DNA of 64,000 nucleotides from Actinomycetes bacterium. GTDB taxonomy: Bacteria; Actinomycetota; Actinomycetes; Nanopelagicales; Nanopelagicaceae. Numbering within the stretch: the first letter of the stretch is position 1; each line of letters begins with the position of its first letter. Positions 1-9,357 of the stretch are shown here, in pieces. The notes under the pieces were generated by a model. That model had not been told where the DNA came from and ran no database searches. It saw only the letters and a list, made by a program, of their open reading frames with translations. A program made the position numbers and the translations under genes. The stretch spans positions 506-64,505 of the forward strand of contig JBAWYW010000001.1 of the NCBI GenBank assembly GCA_037143395.1, read 5' to 3'.

Positions 1-54
1 CAAGCCATGGGGGTATTAACCTCGGTTTTCCACAGAATTAATTCACTCACATGA
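1..54 (+). CDS. 3' end of an upstream CDS (partial, product unknown; position suggests another iol-cluster gene)
   Basis: Frame +1 is open from base 1 (..QAMGVLTSVFHRINSLT*). Its TGA (52-54) overlaps the iolB ATG as ATGA, the coupling pattern used throughout this window. Confidence 0.3.
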   Translation, partial: QAMGVLTSVFHRINSLT

Positions 55-905
55 AATGGTTCTATCCCAAGGGTGATCTGGCAAAAACAACTTGGAGTGT
101 TGTTGTTGATGATTCGATTCCTGGTTGGAAGCACACAGGGCTGCGTGTAGCTGAGCTAAATAATTCTTCACTTGAAATACCCGCTGATAATAATGAACGA
201 CTAATTTTTGCAATCTCAGGTTCAGCTTTTGATATTACCTATGAGGTAGATGGTCAAGCCCCTAATACTCAGAAAATGCAGGGTAGGGCGTCGGTCTATC
301 GAGGAACCACAGATCATCTCTACCTGCCAATTAATACAAAGATCACAGTGACAGGCGCTGTAAAGGTAGCAATCGCTGAAGCACCGGCAAAAAATTCCTT
401 TCCAGTTAAATTCATTAAAGCAAGTGATGTCCCTGTGGCTATTCGCGGGGCCGGAGTAAGCACGCGAGAAATTCATAACTTTGGAATGCCTGATAACTTG
501 CAGGCTGATCGGTTTATTGTTGTGGAAGTAGTTGTACCGGCTGGAAATTGGTCAGGAGTCCCATGCCATAAGCACGATTCGTATATTCCTGGCAAAGAAT
601 CGAACTTAGAAGAAATTTATTATTTTGAAAGTCAATCGCATGGATTTTTTCGAGGATACTCTGCAGATGAACGTGAGTATGACCTCCTGACGGAAGTTCA
701 TTCTGGGGATGTCGTTCTCGTTCCATATGGCTGGCACGGGCCAGTCATGGCAGCGCCAACAGGTGACCTGTACTTCCTCAATGTGATGGCAGGACCTGAT
801 CCAACCCGCGAATGGAATGTGACGGATCATCCAAAAGAGGTTGGGATTCGGGATTTATGGAAAACGCAGAAACCAGATCCTCGCCTTCCCTATAGCGCGA
901 GTTAA
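51..905 (+). CDS. iolB: 5-deoxy-glucuronate isomerase (IolB, KduI/IolB cupin family)
   Basis: 284-aa ORF with ATG start. Cupin-like core (GNWSGVPCHKHDSY..NLEEIYYF..GWHGP). Lies directly upstream of an unmistakable iolD. Confidence 0.85.
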   Translation: MKWFYPKGDLAKTTWSVVVDDSIPGWKHTGLRVAELNNSSLEIPADNNERLIFAISGSAFDITYEVDGQAPNTQKMQGRASVYRGTTDHLYLPINTKITVTGAVKVAIAEAPAKNSFPVKFIKASDVPVAIRGAGVSTREIHNFGMPDNLQADRFIVVEVVVPAGNWSGVPCHKHDSYIPGKESNLEEIYYFESQSHGFFRGYSADEREYDLLTEVHSGDVVLVPYGWHGPVMAAPTGDLYFLNVMAGPDPTREWNVTDHPKEVGIRDLWKTQKPDPRLPYSAS

Positions 906-919
906 TGTAAGGATTGATC

Positions 920-2833
920 ATGACCACTAGAAAAATGACTGTTGGCCAGGCTCTTGTTGAGTTCTTAGCTAACCAATACACCGTCGATGGAAATATTCGC
1001 CAGCGAACCATCGTTGGAACTTTTGGGATCTTTGGACATGGCAATGTCGCAGGAGTCGGTCAAGCACTTAAGCAACTATCTGTTTCCCAGCCAAATTTAA
1101 TGCCTTACCACCAAGCTCGAAATGAACAAGCGATGGTTCATGAATCAGTCGCATATTCCAGAATCTCACGCAGGCTATCAACATTTGCTTGCACAGCTTC
1201 TGTTGGCCCTGGTGCTTCAAACATGTTAACTGGCGCTGCCCTTGCAACAATCAACAGACTCCCTGTCTTGCTTTTACCATCAGACACATTTGCTACACGT
1301 GTTGCAGATCCTGTACTTCAACAACTTGAAATTCCAAGTGATGCATCACTTTCCGTCAATGATGCATTTAAGCCTCTGTCGCGTTTCTTTGATCGTGTTC
1401 ATAGACCTGAGCAACTATTCTCTGCGGCACTTGGAGCAATGAGAGTTTTAACTGATCCAGTTGAAACCGGCGCTGTCACAATCTCTCTTCCTGAAGATGT
1501 TCAAGCGGAGACAATTGATGTACCTTCCGAGTTCCTTGCTGTCCGTGAATGGCGAATCCGCAGGCCTCGTCCAGATATTGGGTTAACAAAAGAAATAGTT
1601 GAGCAGCTTCGAAATTCGAAACGTCCGATGATTATTGCAGGCGGTGGCATTATTTATGCAGATGCGCACGAAGCGCTTGCAAAGTTTGTTGAAGCGACAA
1701 AAATTCCAGTAGGAGCATCACAAGGTGGAGTGGGTTCACTTAATTGGGATCACCCACAGTACTTAGGAGCAGTCGGTGCGACAGGAACGCTTGCTGCAAA
1801 CAAAGCTGCAAGAGAAGCAGATCTCATCATTGGAATTGGTACTCGATACAGTGATTTCACAACCGCAAGTAGAACCGCCTTTCAGAACCCGAATGTTCGG
1901 TTTATCAATATAAATGTTGCTTCATTTGATGCGCTCAAACATGGTTCATCCCTACCCGTTGTTGCTGACGCAAGAGTTGCTCTTGAAGAGCTACTCACTG
2001 TTATTGGTAATTACCGTATTGATAGCGCGTATGAATCAGAAATTGCACAAACAAATGCAGAGTGGCATAAGACGGTCGACGCAGCATTTAAACCATCAAA
2101 TCTAGAACTTCCGGGTCAGGCAGAAATTATTGGCGCGGTTCAGGGGGCATCAGATCCGCGTGATGTATTAATTTGCGCTGCTGGTTCACTGCCAGGAGAC
2201 CTTCATAAGTTATGGCGAGTAAGAGATCCACTTGGTTATCACGTTGAATATGGCTACTCATGTATGGGATATGAAATCGCTGGTGGAATTGGAGTGCGGC
2301 GTGCTGCGCCCGATCGTGATGCGATTGTGATGGTGGGAGACGGCTCTTACTTAATGATGCACACAGAAATCGTCTCTGCAGTAGCGGAGGGCCTGAAAGT
2401 AATCATTGTTCTCATCCAAAACCATGGTTATGCCTCAATTGGGCATCTCAGCGAAGATGTCGGCTCCCAGCGCTATGGAACAAAATATCGCTACCGAGAT
2501 GCGAGCAAGAATAATTTTGATGGTGAGAAAACACTCCCTATCGACCTCGCAACAAATGCTGAAAGCCTCGGTATTAATGTCATCCGTGTTGAACCAACAA
2601 AAAATTCGATTTCTGATCTGGCTGCTGCCCTTAAAACGGCAAAGTCATCAGATGTTTCTACCCTGATTCATATCAATAGCGATCCACTTCTCTACTCCCC
2701 AGGAAATGATTCGTGGTGGGATGTACCTATCGCTGAAGTATCAACTCTTGAAAGCACGCAGAAGGCACGTACAAATTATGAGAATAAGAAGAAACTGCAG
2801 AAGCCATACCTAGGTGAAACTAAGGGGAAATAA
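920..2833 (+). CDS. iolD: 3D-(3,5/4)-trihydroxycyclohexane-1,2-dione acylhydrolase (IolD, TPP enzyme)
   Basis: Blocks match remembered B. subtilis IolD (FGHGNVAGVGQAL, LPSDTFATRVADPVLQQLE, GDGSYLM TPP motif). The ORF track starts at TTG 914, but ATG 920 sits 6 nt after AAGGA and is preferred. Confidence 0.95.
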   Translation: MTTRKMTVGQALVEFLANQYTVDGNIRQRTIVGTFGIFGHGNVAGVGQALKQLSVSQPNLMPYHQARNEQAMVHESVAYSRISRRLSTFACTASVGPGASNMLTGAALATINRLPVLLLPSDTFATRVADPVLQQLEIPSDASLSVNDAFKPLSRFFDRVHRPEQLFSAALGAMRVLTDPVETGAVTISLPEDVQAETIDVPSEFLAVREWRIRRPRPDIGLTKEIVEQLRNSKRPMIIAGGGIIYADAHEALAKFVEATKIPVGASQGGVGSLNWDHPQYLGAVGATGTLAANKAAREADLIIGIGTRYSDFTTASRTAFQNPNVRFININVASFDALKHGSSLPVVADARVALEELLTVIGNYRIDSAYESEIAQTNAEWHKTVDAAFKPSNLELPGQAEIIGAVQGASDPRDVLICAAGSLPGDLHKLWRVRDPLGYHVEYGYSCMGYEIAGGIGVRRAAPDRDAIVMVGDGSYLMMHTEIVSAVAEGLKVIIVLIQNHGYASIGHLSEDVGSQRYGTKYRYRDASKNNFDGEKTLPIDLATNAESLGINVIRVEPTKNSISDLAAALKTAKSSDVSTLIHINSDPLLYSPGNDSWWDVPIAEVSTLESTQKARTNYENKKKLQKPYLGETKGK

Positions 2834-3739
2834 GTGGGAACATTAAAAATTAATATTGCTGGGGCTCCTATTTCATGGGGAGTCTGTGAAGTTCCAAATT
2901 GGGGCCACCAGATGGAACCTTCTCGCGTACTACGCGAGATGAGCGAACTTGGTTTAGGCGCCACAGAATTTGGTCCTGATGGTTTCTTACCAATGCAACC
3001 AGAACTTAAAGCGTCAATTCTTAAAGAACACAATATGACTGCCGTTGGAGGATTTGTTCCTGTAATCCTTCATCGCGCAGACCATGACCCAGTACCAGCA
3101 GTGAAGAAGGAACTTGAAAGCTATAAAGCTGCTGGCGCAAAGGTTCTCGTTCTAGCTGCAAATTCTGGAATTGACGGATATGACGCAAAGTTACCTGTGC
3201 TTTCGGATGCTGATTGGCAAATACTTTTTAATAATCTCAATCGTCTGCAACAAGTGGCAGCTGAAGTTGGAGTGAAGGCTGTGCTGCACCCCCATGTTGG
3301 AACAATGATTGAAACCCAAGACCACGTAATGCGTGTAGTTGCGGGCTCAACAATTCCATTTTGTTTGGATACCGGCCACATGATTATCGGCGGGACAGAC
3401 CCTGTCGCATTTGCTCAAAATTATGCTGAGCGCGTTGCACATTCACATCTAAAAGATGTTGATCTCTCTTGGGCTAAGAAGGTTCAAAGCAATGAACTGA
3501 GCTACTACGACGCAGTTGTGCAGGGCATGTATCGACCACTTGGACAAGGTGATGTGGATATCCGCACGATCGTGCGTAGTTTGATTAAATCTGGTTACAC
3601 CGGTTGGTTTGTCTTAGAACAAGACAATGTCATCACGGCAGAGCCTGGAGTTAATCAAGGCCCTGTCGCTGATGCAAAAGCAAGTGTTGAATTCTTGCGC
3701 GGAGTAATCGCCGAACTAGAAGCAGAGCTCGCTAGTTAG
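2834..3739 (+). CDS. xylose-isomerase-like TIM-barrel protein, inosose dehydratase (IolE)-like
   Basis: GTG start immediately after the iolD stop, preceded by AAGGGGA. IolE-type landmarks are present: APISWG, HPHVGTMIET, LDTGH, HLKDV, GQGDVD, YTGWFVLEQD. Confidence 0.6.
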   Translation: MGTLKINIAGAPISWGVCEVPNWGHQMEPSRVLREMSELGLGATEFGPDGFLPMQPELKASILKEHNMTAVGGFVPVILHRADHDPVPAVKKELESYKAAGAKVLVLAANSGIDGYDAKLPVLSDADWQILFNNLNRLQQVAAEVGVKAVLHPHVGTMIETQDHVMRVVAGSTIPFCLDTGHMIIGGTDPVAFAQNYAERVAHSHLKDVDLSWAKKVQSNELSYYDAVVQGMYRPLGQGDVDIRTIVRSLIKSGYTGWFVLEQDNVITAEPGVNQGPVADAKASVEFLRGVIAELEAELAS

Positions 3740-4152
3740 CCGTTATTGCCAGGAGATGGTGGAGTTTGTGGGTTTGGATTATTAGGTCCACCCATCCATC
3801 CTCTTTCCATTCCTGGGCCATCCATTGAATCTGATGAATGGTTCCCGAATCCATGACCACCAAACATATTATGTTCGCCCCATCCACCATCGCCGCCTCC
3901 AACAGAGGTAAGAACGATTAGTGCGATGAAACCTGCCCATATTGCAGTTCCAATTGCTCCAATCCAAATAGCAGCCACTGCAAATGCGCTACCAGTCAAA
4001 CTGTGATCAGATTCTTTAATTTCACGATTAGCTTTAATGCCTAGCCCAAGGCCAACAGGAGGCATAAATAAACTAAGTACGAATGCAACTACTGATGTAT
4101 TTGTTGCTTCTTGTAGACGGACTATCTCTTTACGATCATTTTTATCACTCAT
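3736..4152 (-). CDS. small membrane protein (DUF4190-like, 2 TM) with Gly/His/Met/Asn/Pro-rich C-terminal tail
   Basis: ATG start. Two hydrophobic helices (VVAFVLSLFMPPVGLGLGI; FAVAAIWIGAIGTAIWAGFIALIVL) are followed by GGGDGGWGEHNMFGGHGFGNHSSDSMDGPGMERGWMGGPNNPNPQTPPSPGNNG. Its 3' end overlaps the IolE-like gene by 4 nt. Confidence 0.55.
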   Translation of the reverse strand: MSDKNDRKEIVRLQEATNTSVVAFVLSLFMPPVGLGLGIKANREIKESDHSLTGSAFAVAAIWIGAIGTAIWAGFIALIVLTSVGGGDGGWGEHNMFGGHGFGNHSSDSMDGPGMERGWMGGPNNPNPQTPPSPGNNG

Positions 4153-4161
4153 AGGTAGATT

Positions 4162-5640
4162 ATGGCGCCCTTTCCTGAGAAAAGAGGTTGCGTGGAATAC
4201 AGTTCGGCTGTGAATATCCTCAATTCCGTAGAACTTAACGGCATTAATTTCATCTCTGAGCGCGAGCGCAAAGGCACGGCACGTTCACTTTTTTGGCCAT
4301 GGGCTGCTGGAAACGTTTCTCTGCTAGCACTCTCTTATGGCTCTTTTTTTCTTGGATTTGGAATTTCCTTCTGGCAAGCAACTTTTGCCGCGATCGTGGG
4401 AACCGCAGGTTCGTTTGTATTAGTCGGTGTTAGTTCAATTGCTGGAAAACGTTCTAACGCACCAACGATGACACTTTCCAGGGCAGCCTTTGGTGTTAAA
4501 GGAAATATCGTTCCTGGGTTTCTTTCCTACCTAATATTCGTTGGTTGGGAAACAGTTCTAGTTGCACTTGCCACACTTGCTACGCAGACTGTCTTTGCAC
4601 GCCTTGGTCATATCAACCACAACCTCGCAGGAATCCTCGGGTTTCTGGTATCGGCTGGTTTAGTGGTCTTTGGTGGAGTTCTTGGTTTCCACACAATCAT
4701 GAAGATTCAAAAGTGGCTTACGATCGCCACACTCGTGCTGACTGCTGGTTATATAGCGCTCACCGCTAGCAAGATTAATTGGCACGCGGTAAATAGCTCT
4801 CACTCAGGAGGCTTCCAAGGTTTTATCGGGGCAATGATCTTTGGAATCACGGGTATCGGGCTTGGTTGGGTTAATTCAGCGGCAGACTACTCAAGATATT
4901 TACCTCGCCACACATCAAGTAAAAAAGTAATCGGATGGACTGTATTTGGTGCTTCGATTGTTCCTATTATTTTGGTGATTTATGGCGCAACACTTGCGGC
5001 AAGCTCCAAGGGGTTAAATGCTGCGATTGCTACTGACCCTATTGGCGCACTTACTACTTTGCTTCCAACCTGGTACCTAATTCCATTTGTCATCGTTGCG
5101 GTGCTCGGTTTAATTGGTGGCGCGATACTTGATCTCTACTCTTCTGGAATTACCTTGGTCTCAATAGGACTTCCTGTGAAGCGCCATGTTGCTGCATCTA
5201 TTGATGCAACCATCATGGCAATAGGAACCATTTATATTGTCTGGGTTGCACCTAATTTTATTGGGCCATTTCAAGGATTTCTGATCACGCTTGGTGTTCC
5301 AATCGCAGTATGGTCAACAATCTTTGTTGCAGACATTCTTATGCGCAAAGCAGATTACTCAGAGAAAGACCTATTTAGCACTACAGGTCGCTATGGACTT
5401 TGGAACTACCGCTCGATTGGGCTTGTCATCTTTGGAACTATTGTTGGGTGGGGCTTTGTAACAAATACATTTGCAGGGTGGCTATCGTGGCAGGGCTACT
5501 TCATGGGGCTCATAGGCGGTAAGAGTGGAAGCTGGGCTAGTGCTAACGTTGGAATCATCGCTGCATTAGTCATAGGCTTTGTTGGTCATATCCTTTTATC
5601 TAGAACGGCAATCAAAAAGCAGGAGGCGCATAATGGCTGA
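4162..5640 (+). CDS. NCS1-family nucleobase (purine-cytosine/allantoin-type) permease
   Basis: 492-aa polytopic ORF with an N-terminal [16 protein letters not shown] block typical of NCS1 permeases. Start is uncertain: ATG 4162 is 9 nt from the divergent ATG at 4152. In-frame GTGs occur at 4192 (AGAGG 4 nt upstream) and 4210. Confidence 0.8.
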   Translation: MAPFPEKRGCVEYSSAVNILNSVELNGINFISERERKGTARSLFWPWAAGNVSLLALSYGSFFLGFGISFWQATFAAIVGTAGSFVLVGVSSIAGKRSNAPTMTLSRAAFGVKGNIVPGFLSYLIFVGWETVLVALATLATQTVFARLGHINHNLAGILGFLVSAGLVVFGGVLGFHTIMKIQKWLTIATLVLTAGYIALTASKINWHAVNSSHSGGFQGFIGAMIFGITGIGLGWVNSAADYSRYLPRHTSSKKVIGWTVFGASIVPIILVIYGATLAASSKGLNAAIATDPIGALTTLLPTWYLIPFVIVAVLGLIGGAILDLYSSGITLVSIGLPVKRHVAASIDATIMAIGTIYIVWVAPNFIGPFQGFLITLGVPIAVWSTIFVADILMRKADYSEKDLFSTTGRYGLWNYRSIGLVIFGTIVGWGFVTNTFAGWLSWQGYFMGLIGGKSGSWASANVGIIAALVIGFVGHILLSRTAIKKQEAHNG

Positions 5641-6121
5641 TTCAAGTTTTGATATTGTCTCAAAAGTTGATCATATGGAGGTTGATAACGCCTTCAATCA
5701 ATGTGACCGTGAAATCTCTACACGCTTTGATTTTAAAAATACCGGGACCAAGATTGAGAAATCTGGTGAGAAGTTTAATATCGAAGCAGACTCAGAGGAA
5801 AAAGCTAAATCAGCTCTTGATGTCTTCAAGGACAAACTTATTAAGCGTGGAGTATCGCTCAAGCATTTAGATGCCTCAGAGCCACAGTTGAGTGGCAAGA
5901 CTTTTAAAATTGTCTGCTCATTAAAAGAAGGAATTTCAACTGAAAATGCGAAGAAGATTGCAAAACTCATTCGCGACGAGGGCCCAAAGGCAATCAAGAC
6001 TCAAATTCAAGGTGAAGAGTTGCGCGTGACGAGCAAGAGCCGCGATGACTTACAGGCAGCAATAGCACTTGTTAAAAACCATCCATGGGAGTTTTCAGTC
6101 CAGTTTACGAATTACCGATAG
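5633..6121 (+). CDS. yajQ: YajQ-family nucleotide-binding protein (UPF0234)
   Basis: [49 protein letters not shown] aligns along its length with remembered E. coli YajQ. AGGAGG lies at 5621-5626. The ATG overlaps the permease stop by 8 nt. The ORF-track extension to 5579 is rejected. Confidence 0.9.
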   Translation: MADSSFDIVSKVDHMEVDNAFNQCDREISTRFDFKNTGTKIEKSGEKFNIEADSEEKAKSALDVFKDKLIKRGVSLKHLDASEPQLSGKTFKIVCSLKEGISTENAKKIAKLIRDEGPKAIKTQIQGEELRVTSKSRDDLQAAIALVKNHPWEFSVQFTNYR

Positions 6122-6127
6122 CATTTT

Positions 6128-7027
6128 GTGAAAAATTACCGATTAGGTTTATCACTCGGAGTAGGGGCATATCTTTTTTGGGGCCTCTTCCCTTTGTATT
6201 GGCCTCTGCTTGAACCAGCAAACTCGATTGAAATTGTTGCCCACCGAGCTGTGTGGACTTTTGTTGTTTGCGTTGCGGCTCTGATTTACTCTCAAAAGCT
6301 GCGTTCCACTCTTGCATTAATTAAAGTTCCACGAATAGTTCTGCGGCTTCTTCTCTCAACAGCCTTGATTTCAGTCAATTGGCTCGTTTATATCTGGGGA
6401 GTAAACCATGGGCATGTTGTCGAGTGTGCACTTGGTTATTACATCAACCCTCTCATCATTATTGCTTTTGGAGTTCTTCTGCTCAAGGAAAAAATGCGAA
6501 AGTGGCAATGGGTCTCAGTCGGTGTCGCATCAATCGGTGTCATAGTACTGACAGTCGATTATGGACGCCCTCCTTGGATTGCACTTGCACTTGCTACTTC
6601 TTGGGGCAGCTACGGATTGATTAAAAAGCAATTGGGGCTTGAAGCACTTCAAGGTTTAGCAATAGAAACGTTTTTATCGCTCTTGCCATACGGTGGATAT
6701 TTACTCTGGCTTGGGAATAAAGGAACAGGGCAATTTGGTCACCATGTCGGTCTAACTACTTTGCTCATTCTTGCTGGGGTTGTCACAGCGATTCCACTCT
6801 TAATGTTTAATAGTTCAGCGAATAAATTGCCATATACAGTTATTGGACTTTTGCAATACATCACACCGACTGTGCAATTTCTTATTGGAGTCCTTGTACG
6901 TCATGAAGTCATGACTACTGCGCGATGGGTTGGATTCCTCATTGTTTGGGTTGCCCTATTGGCTCTTGGGCTAGATTTAGTTAAGTCAGGAAGTGCGAGT
7001 AATAATAGTTTGGCAGAGCTCGACTAA
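6128..7027 (+). CDS. rarD: EamA/RarD-family transporter
   Basis: 10-TM type, 299 aa, N-terminus GAYLFWGLFPLYWPLL..E..AHR as in RarD. GTG start. Confidence 0.8.
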   Translation: MKNYRLGLSLGVGAYLFWGLFPLYWPLLEPANSIEIVAHRAVWTFVVCVAALIYSQKLRSTLALIKVPRIVLRLLLSTALISVNWLVYIWGVNHGHVVECALGYYINPLIIIAFGVLLLKEKMRKWQWVSVGVASIGVIVLTVDYGRPPWIALALATSWGSYGLIKKQLGLEALQGLAIETFLSLLPYGGYLLWLGNKGTGQFGHHVGLTTLLILAGVVTAIPLLMFNSSANKLPYTVIGLLQYITPTVQFLIGVLVRHEVMTTARWVGFLIVWVALLALGLDLVKSGSASNNSLAELD

Positions 7028-7972
7028 AGCATGCTTGGCCGCAATGTCAGGTAGTCCCGCAATTTCTTCTTCTGCTTTTGCTGCATACTCATGAAGTAAA
7101 TCACGAGATTTCTTCATCGCAGAGTGAGAACGTAATTTCTTCAAGGTTTGGGCGACTACTTCTTCATCGCTAATTGGCTTTGCAAGAAGTTCTTTTAGTT
7201 CAGCATCGGCTGGATCATCTGATTCCAATATAAAGAGTGTGACCAGGGTTGGAACGCCTTCGCGGAGATCTGTGCCAGGCGTCTTGCCTGATTCATTTGA
7301 TTCACTCGCAATATCGATTACATCATCCGCTAATTGGAAAACTATGCCGATCTTCTCTCCAAAACGAGTTAGAGCTTCCACATCCTGCGCGCTTGCACCA
7401 GAGAGCAATCCTCCAAACCTTGCCGATGTTGCAATAAGGGAGCCTGTTTTATCTGCTACTACCTTGAGATAGTGATCAAGAAGTGAAAGACCGGATGTTG
7501 ATCCCTGAGTTTCAGTAATCTGCCCAATAACTAGCCGTTCAAATGTTCGAGCCTGTAAACGAACTGCTTCTGGACCAAGGTCAGCCAACATGTCTGAAGC
7601 TTTTGCAAAAAGGTAATCACCAGTAAGAATTGCAACGGTATTGCCCCAACGTTCATTCGCACTTGCTACACCCCGCCTAAGCGCAGCTTCATCCATAACA
7701 TCATCGTGATAAAGAGTTGCCAAATGAGTAAGTTCGCAAACAACTGCAGCTTCAATGATTCCTTCTCTGTCTGGGTCGCCAAACTGGGCTCCCAAAAGTG
7801 TGAGTAACGGACGTAGGCGCTTGCCACCTGCTTCAACTAAATGGCGAGATGTCTCCACGACAAGGGGGTAGTCACCTTGAATGTGAGTTCGTAGTAAATC
7901 TTCAACTCGCGACATATCTTTCTTGAGTGATTTTTCAAGCTTCACGTCATTCAGTGAGATTCCGAAAGCCAT
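6986..7972 (-). CDS. long-chain polyprenyl diphosphate synthase (menaquinone side-chain)
   Basis: Both aspartate-rich motifs are present (LYHDDVMDEA, FQLADDVIDI). Its start overlaps the menG stop as TAATG. This is the position of grcC1 in the Mycobacterium men region. Confidence 0.9.
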   Translation of the reverse strand: MAFGISLNDVKLEKSLKKDMSRVEDLLRTHIQGDYPLVVETSRHLVEAGGKRLRPLLTLLGAQFGDPDREGIIEAAVVCELTHLATLYHDDVMDEAALRRGVASANERWGNTVAILTGDYLFAKASDMLADLGPEAVRLQARTFERLVIGQITETQGSTSGLSLLDHYLKVVADKTGSLIATSARFGGLLSGASAQDVEALTRFGEKIGIVFQLADDVIDIASESNESGKTPGTDLREGVPTLVTLFILESDDPADAELKELLAKPISDEEVVAQTLKKLRSHSAMKKSRDLLHEYAAKAEEEIAGLPDIAAKHALVELCQTIITRTS

Positions 7973-8673
7973 TACTTGCTTTCCTTATATCCAATATGAA
8001 TGGCTACAATTCCAAATGTCAGGTTCTTCCAAGTAACTTTCTTCCAACCTGCTTGCGATATCTTCTCTGCAAGTAGGGCTTGGTTTGGCCAGGCTTGAAT
8101 TGATTGTGCAAGGTAGATATATGCATCAGGATTTGATGAAAGTTTTCGAGCAACTTTGGGTAGAAACCCCATCAAATATTTCATATACAGGTTGCGGAAA
8201 ATCATATTTGTGGGATGAGAGAATTCAACAATAACAATTCTTCCATCTTCTTTTGTGACACGAAGCGCTTCTTGCAGTGCTTTCTGAATATCTGTTGTAT
8301 TTCGGAGTCCAAAAGAAATTGTTGTTACATCAAATTCGTTCTCTTTAAAAGGCAACTTCAGTGCGTCGGCTAATGTGAACTTTAAGTCAGGATGGCGTTT
8401 CTTGCCGGCATCTAACATGCCTTGTGAGAAATCTGCTGGAATAACTTCTGCGCCGGCATCTGCAAGTGGGCGGCTTGACGATCCTGTTCCAGCGGCAATA
8501 TCTAGAATCTTCATTCCATTTTTAGGGGCAATAATTGAAGTTGCTACTTTACGCCAAGTCTTAGTCTGACCAAAGCTAAGCAGATCATTCATAATGTCAT
8601 AACGCGCAGCAACGCCATCGAACATCGCAGAAACTTCTTCTGGCTTCTTATTGAGGTCGGCGGAGTTACTCAC
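7972..8673 (-). CDS. menG: demethylmenaquinone methyltransferase (UbiE/MenG)
   Basis: VSAMFDGVAARYDIMNDLLSFGQTKTWRK plus the SAM motif ILDIAAGTG. GTG start. Confidence 0.9.
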   Translation of the reverse strand: MSNSADLNKKPEEVSAMFDGVAARYDIMNDLLSFGQTKTWRKVATSIIAPKNGMKILDIAAGTGSSSRPLADAGAEVIPADFSQGMLDAGKKRHPDLKFTLADALKLPFKENEFDVTTISFGLRNTTDIQKALQEALRVTKEDGRIVIVEFSHPTNMIFRNLYMKYLMGFLPKVARKLSSNPDAYIYLAQSIQAWPNQALLAEKISQAGWKKVTWKNLTFGIVAIHIGYKESK

Positions 8674-8738
8674 ACGTATATTCTTCTAGTAGTAGGCTGG
8701 TCTGACAAATTAAGACTACCCAGCGAAAGCTTGGAAGG

Positions 8739-9338
8739 ATGGCCCTCATGTCCAGCACATCTCCTGCAGTTTTACGCTCAGCATTTGTTGCGCGAAGTAC
8801 AACACAAGTCAAAATTGCACTTGTTGTTGGTGGTGTCTTCTTTCTTTCGCTCATGGCACAAATTGCACTGCCGATTCCTGGATCACCCGTACCTGTCACT
8901 GGCCAGACACTTGGTGCCTTGTTAATCGGAACCGCATATGGAGCCTCACTTGGTTTTACAACTTTTGCAACTTATCTCATTGTTGGTTTTCTTGGTGCTC
9001 CGATTTTTGCATCTGGTTCACATGGAATTGCTCGTATGACAGGTGCAACGGGTGGTTACCTTGTAGGAATGCTTTTAGCAACAGCTCTCACCGGATACCT
9101 CGCACAGCGCAAATGGGACCAAAAAATTAGAACTGTGATCCCAACCATGATTTTGGGTGACCTCCTAGTTTTTGGATGTGGAATGTACTGGTTGCACCAT
9201 GTCGCCGCCCAAAGCTGGAGTTGGACTTTTGCTAAAGGTTTTACTCCGTTTCTCCTGGGCGAAGTGATCAAAATCGCGATTGCAAGCACTGCACTACCAG
9301 CCTGCTGGAAACTAGTGCCGATTATTAGAAAGCGCTAA
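8739..9338 (+). CDS. bioY: biotin transporter BioY
   Basis: IALPIPGSPVPVTGQTLGALLIGTAYGASLG and the 6-TM pattern are typical of BioY. The second ATG at 8748 has better spacing from GGAAGG (8733-8738). Confidence 0.85.
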   Translation: MALMSSTSPAVLRSAFVARSTTQVKIALVVGGVFFLSLMAQIALPIPGSPVPVTGQTLGALLIGTAYGASLGFTTFATYLIVGFLGAPIFASGSHGIARMTGATGGYLVGMLLATALTGYLAQRKWDQKIRTVIPTMILGDLLVFGCGMYWLHHVAAQSWSWTFAKGFTPFLLGEVIKIAIASTALPACWKLVPIIRKR

Positions 9339-9357
9339 AACCACGTAACTTAGTACC

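Noticed and set aside
8674-8738. Search for a BirA/BioQ-type operator upstream of bioY
   Set aside because: Only a weak GCTGG..20 nt..CCAGC inverted repeat is present, with no TGAAC-N3-GTTCA or BirA-like site. Evidence is insufficient.
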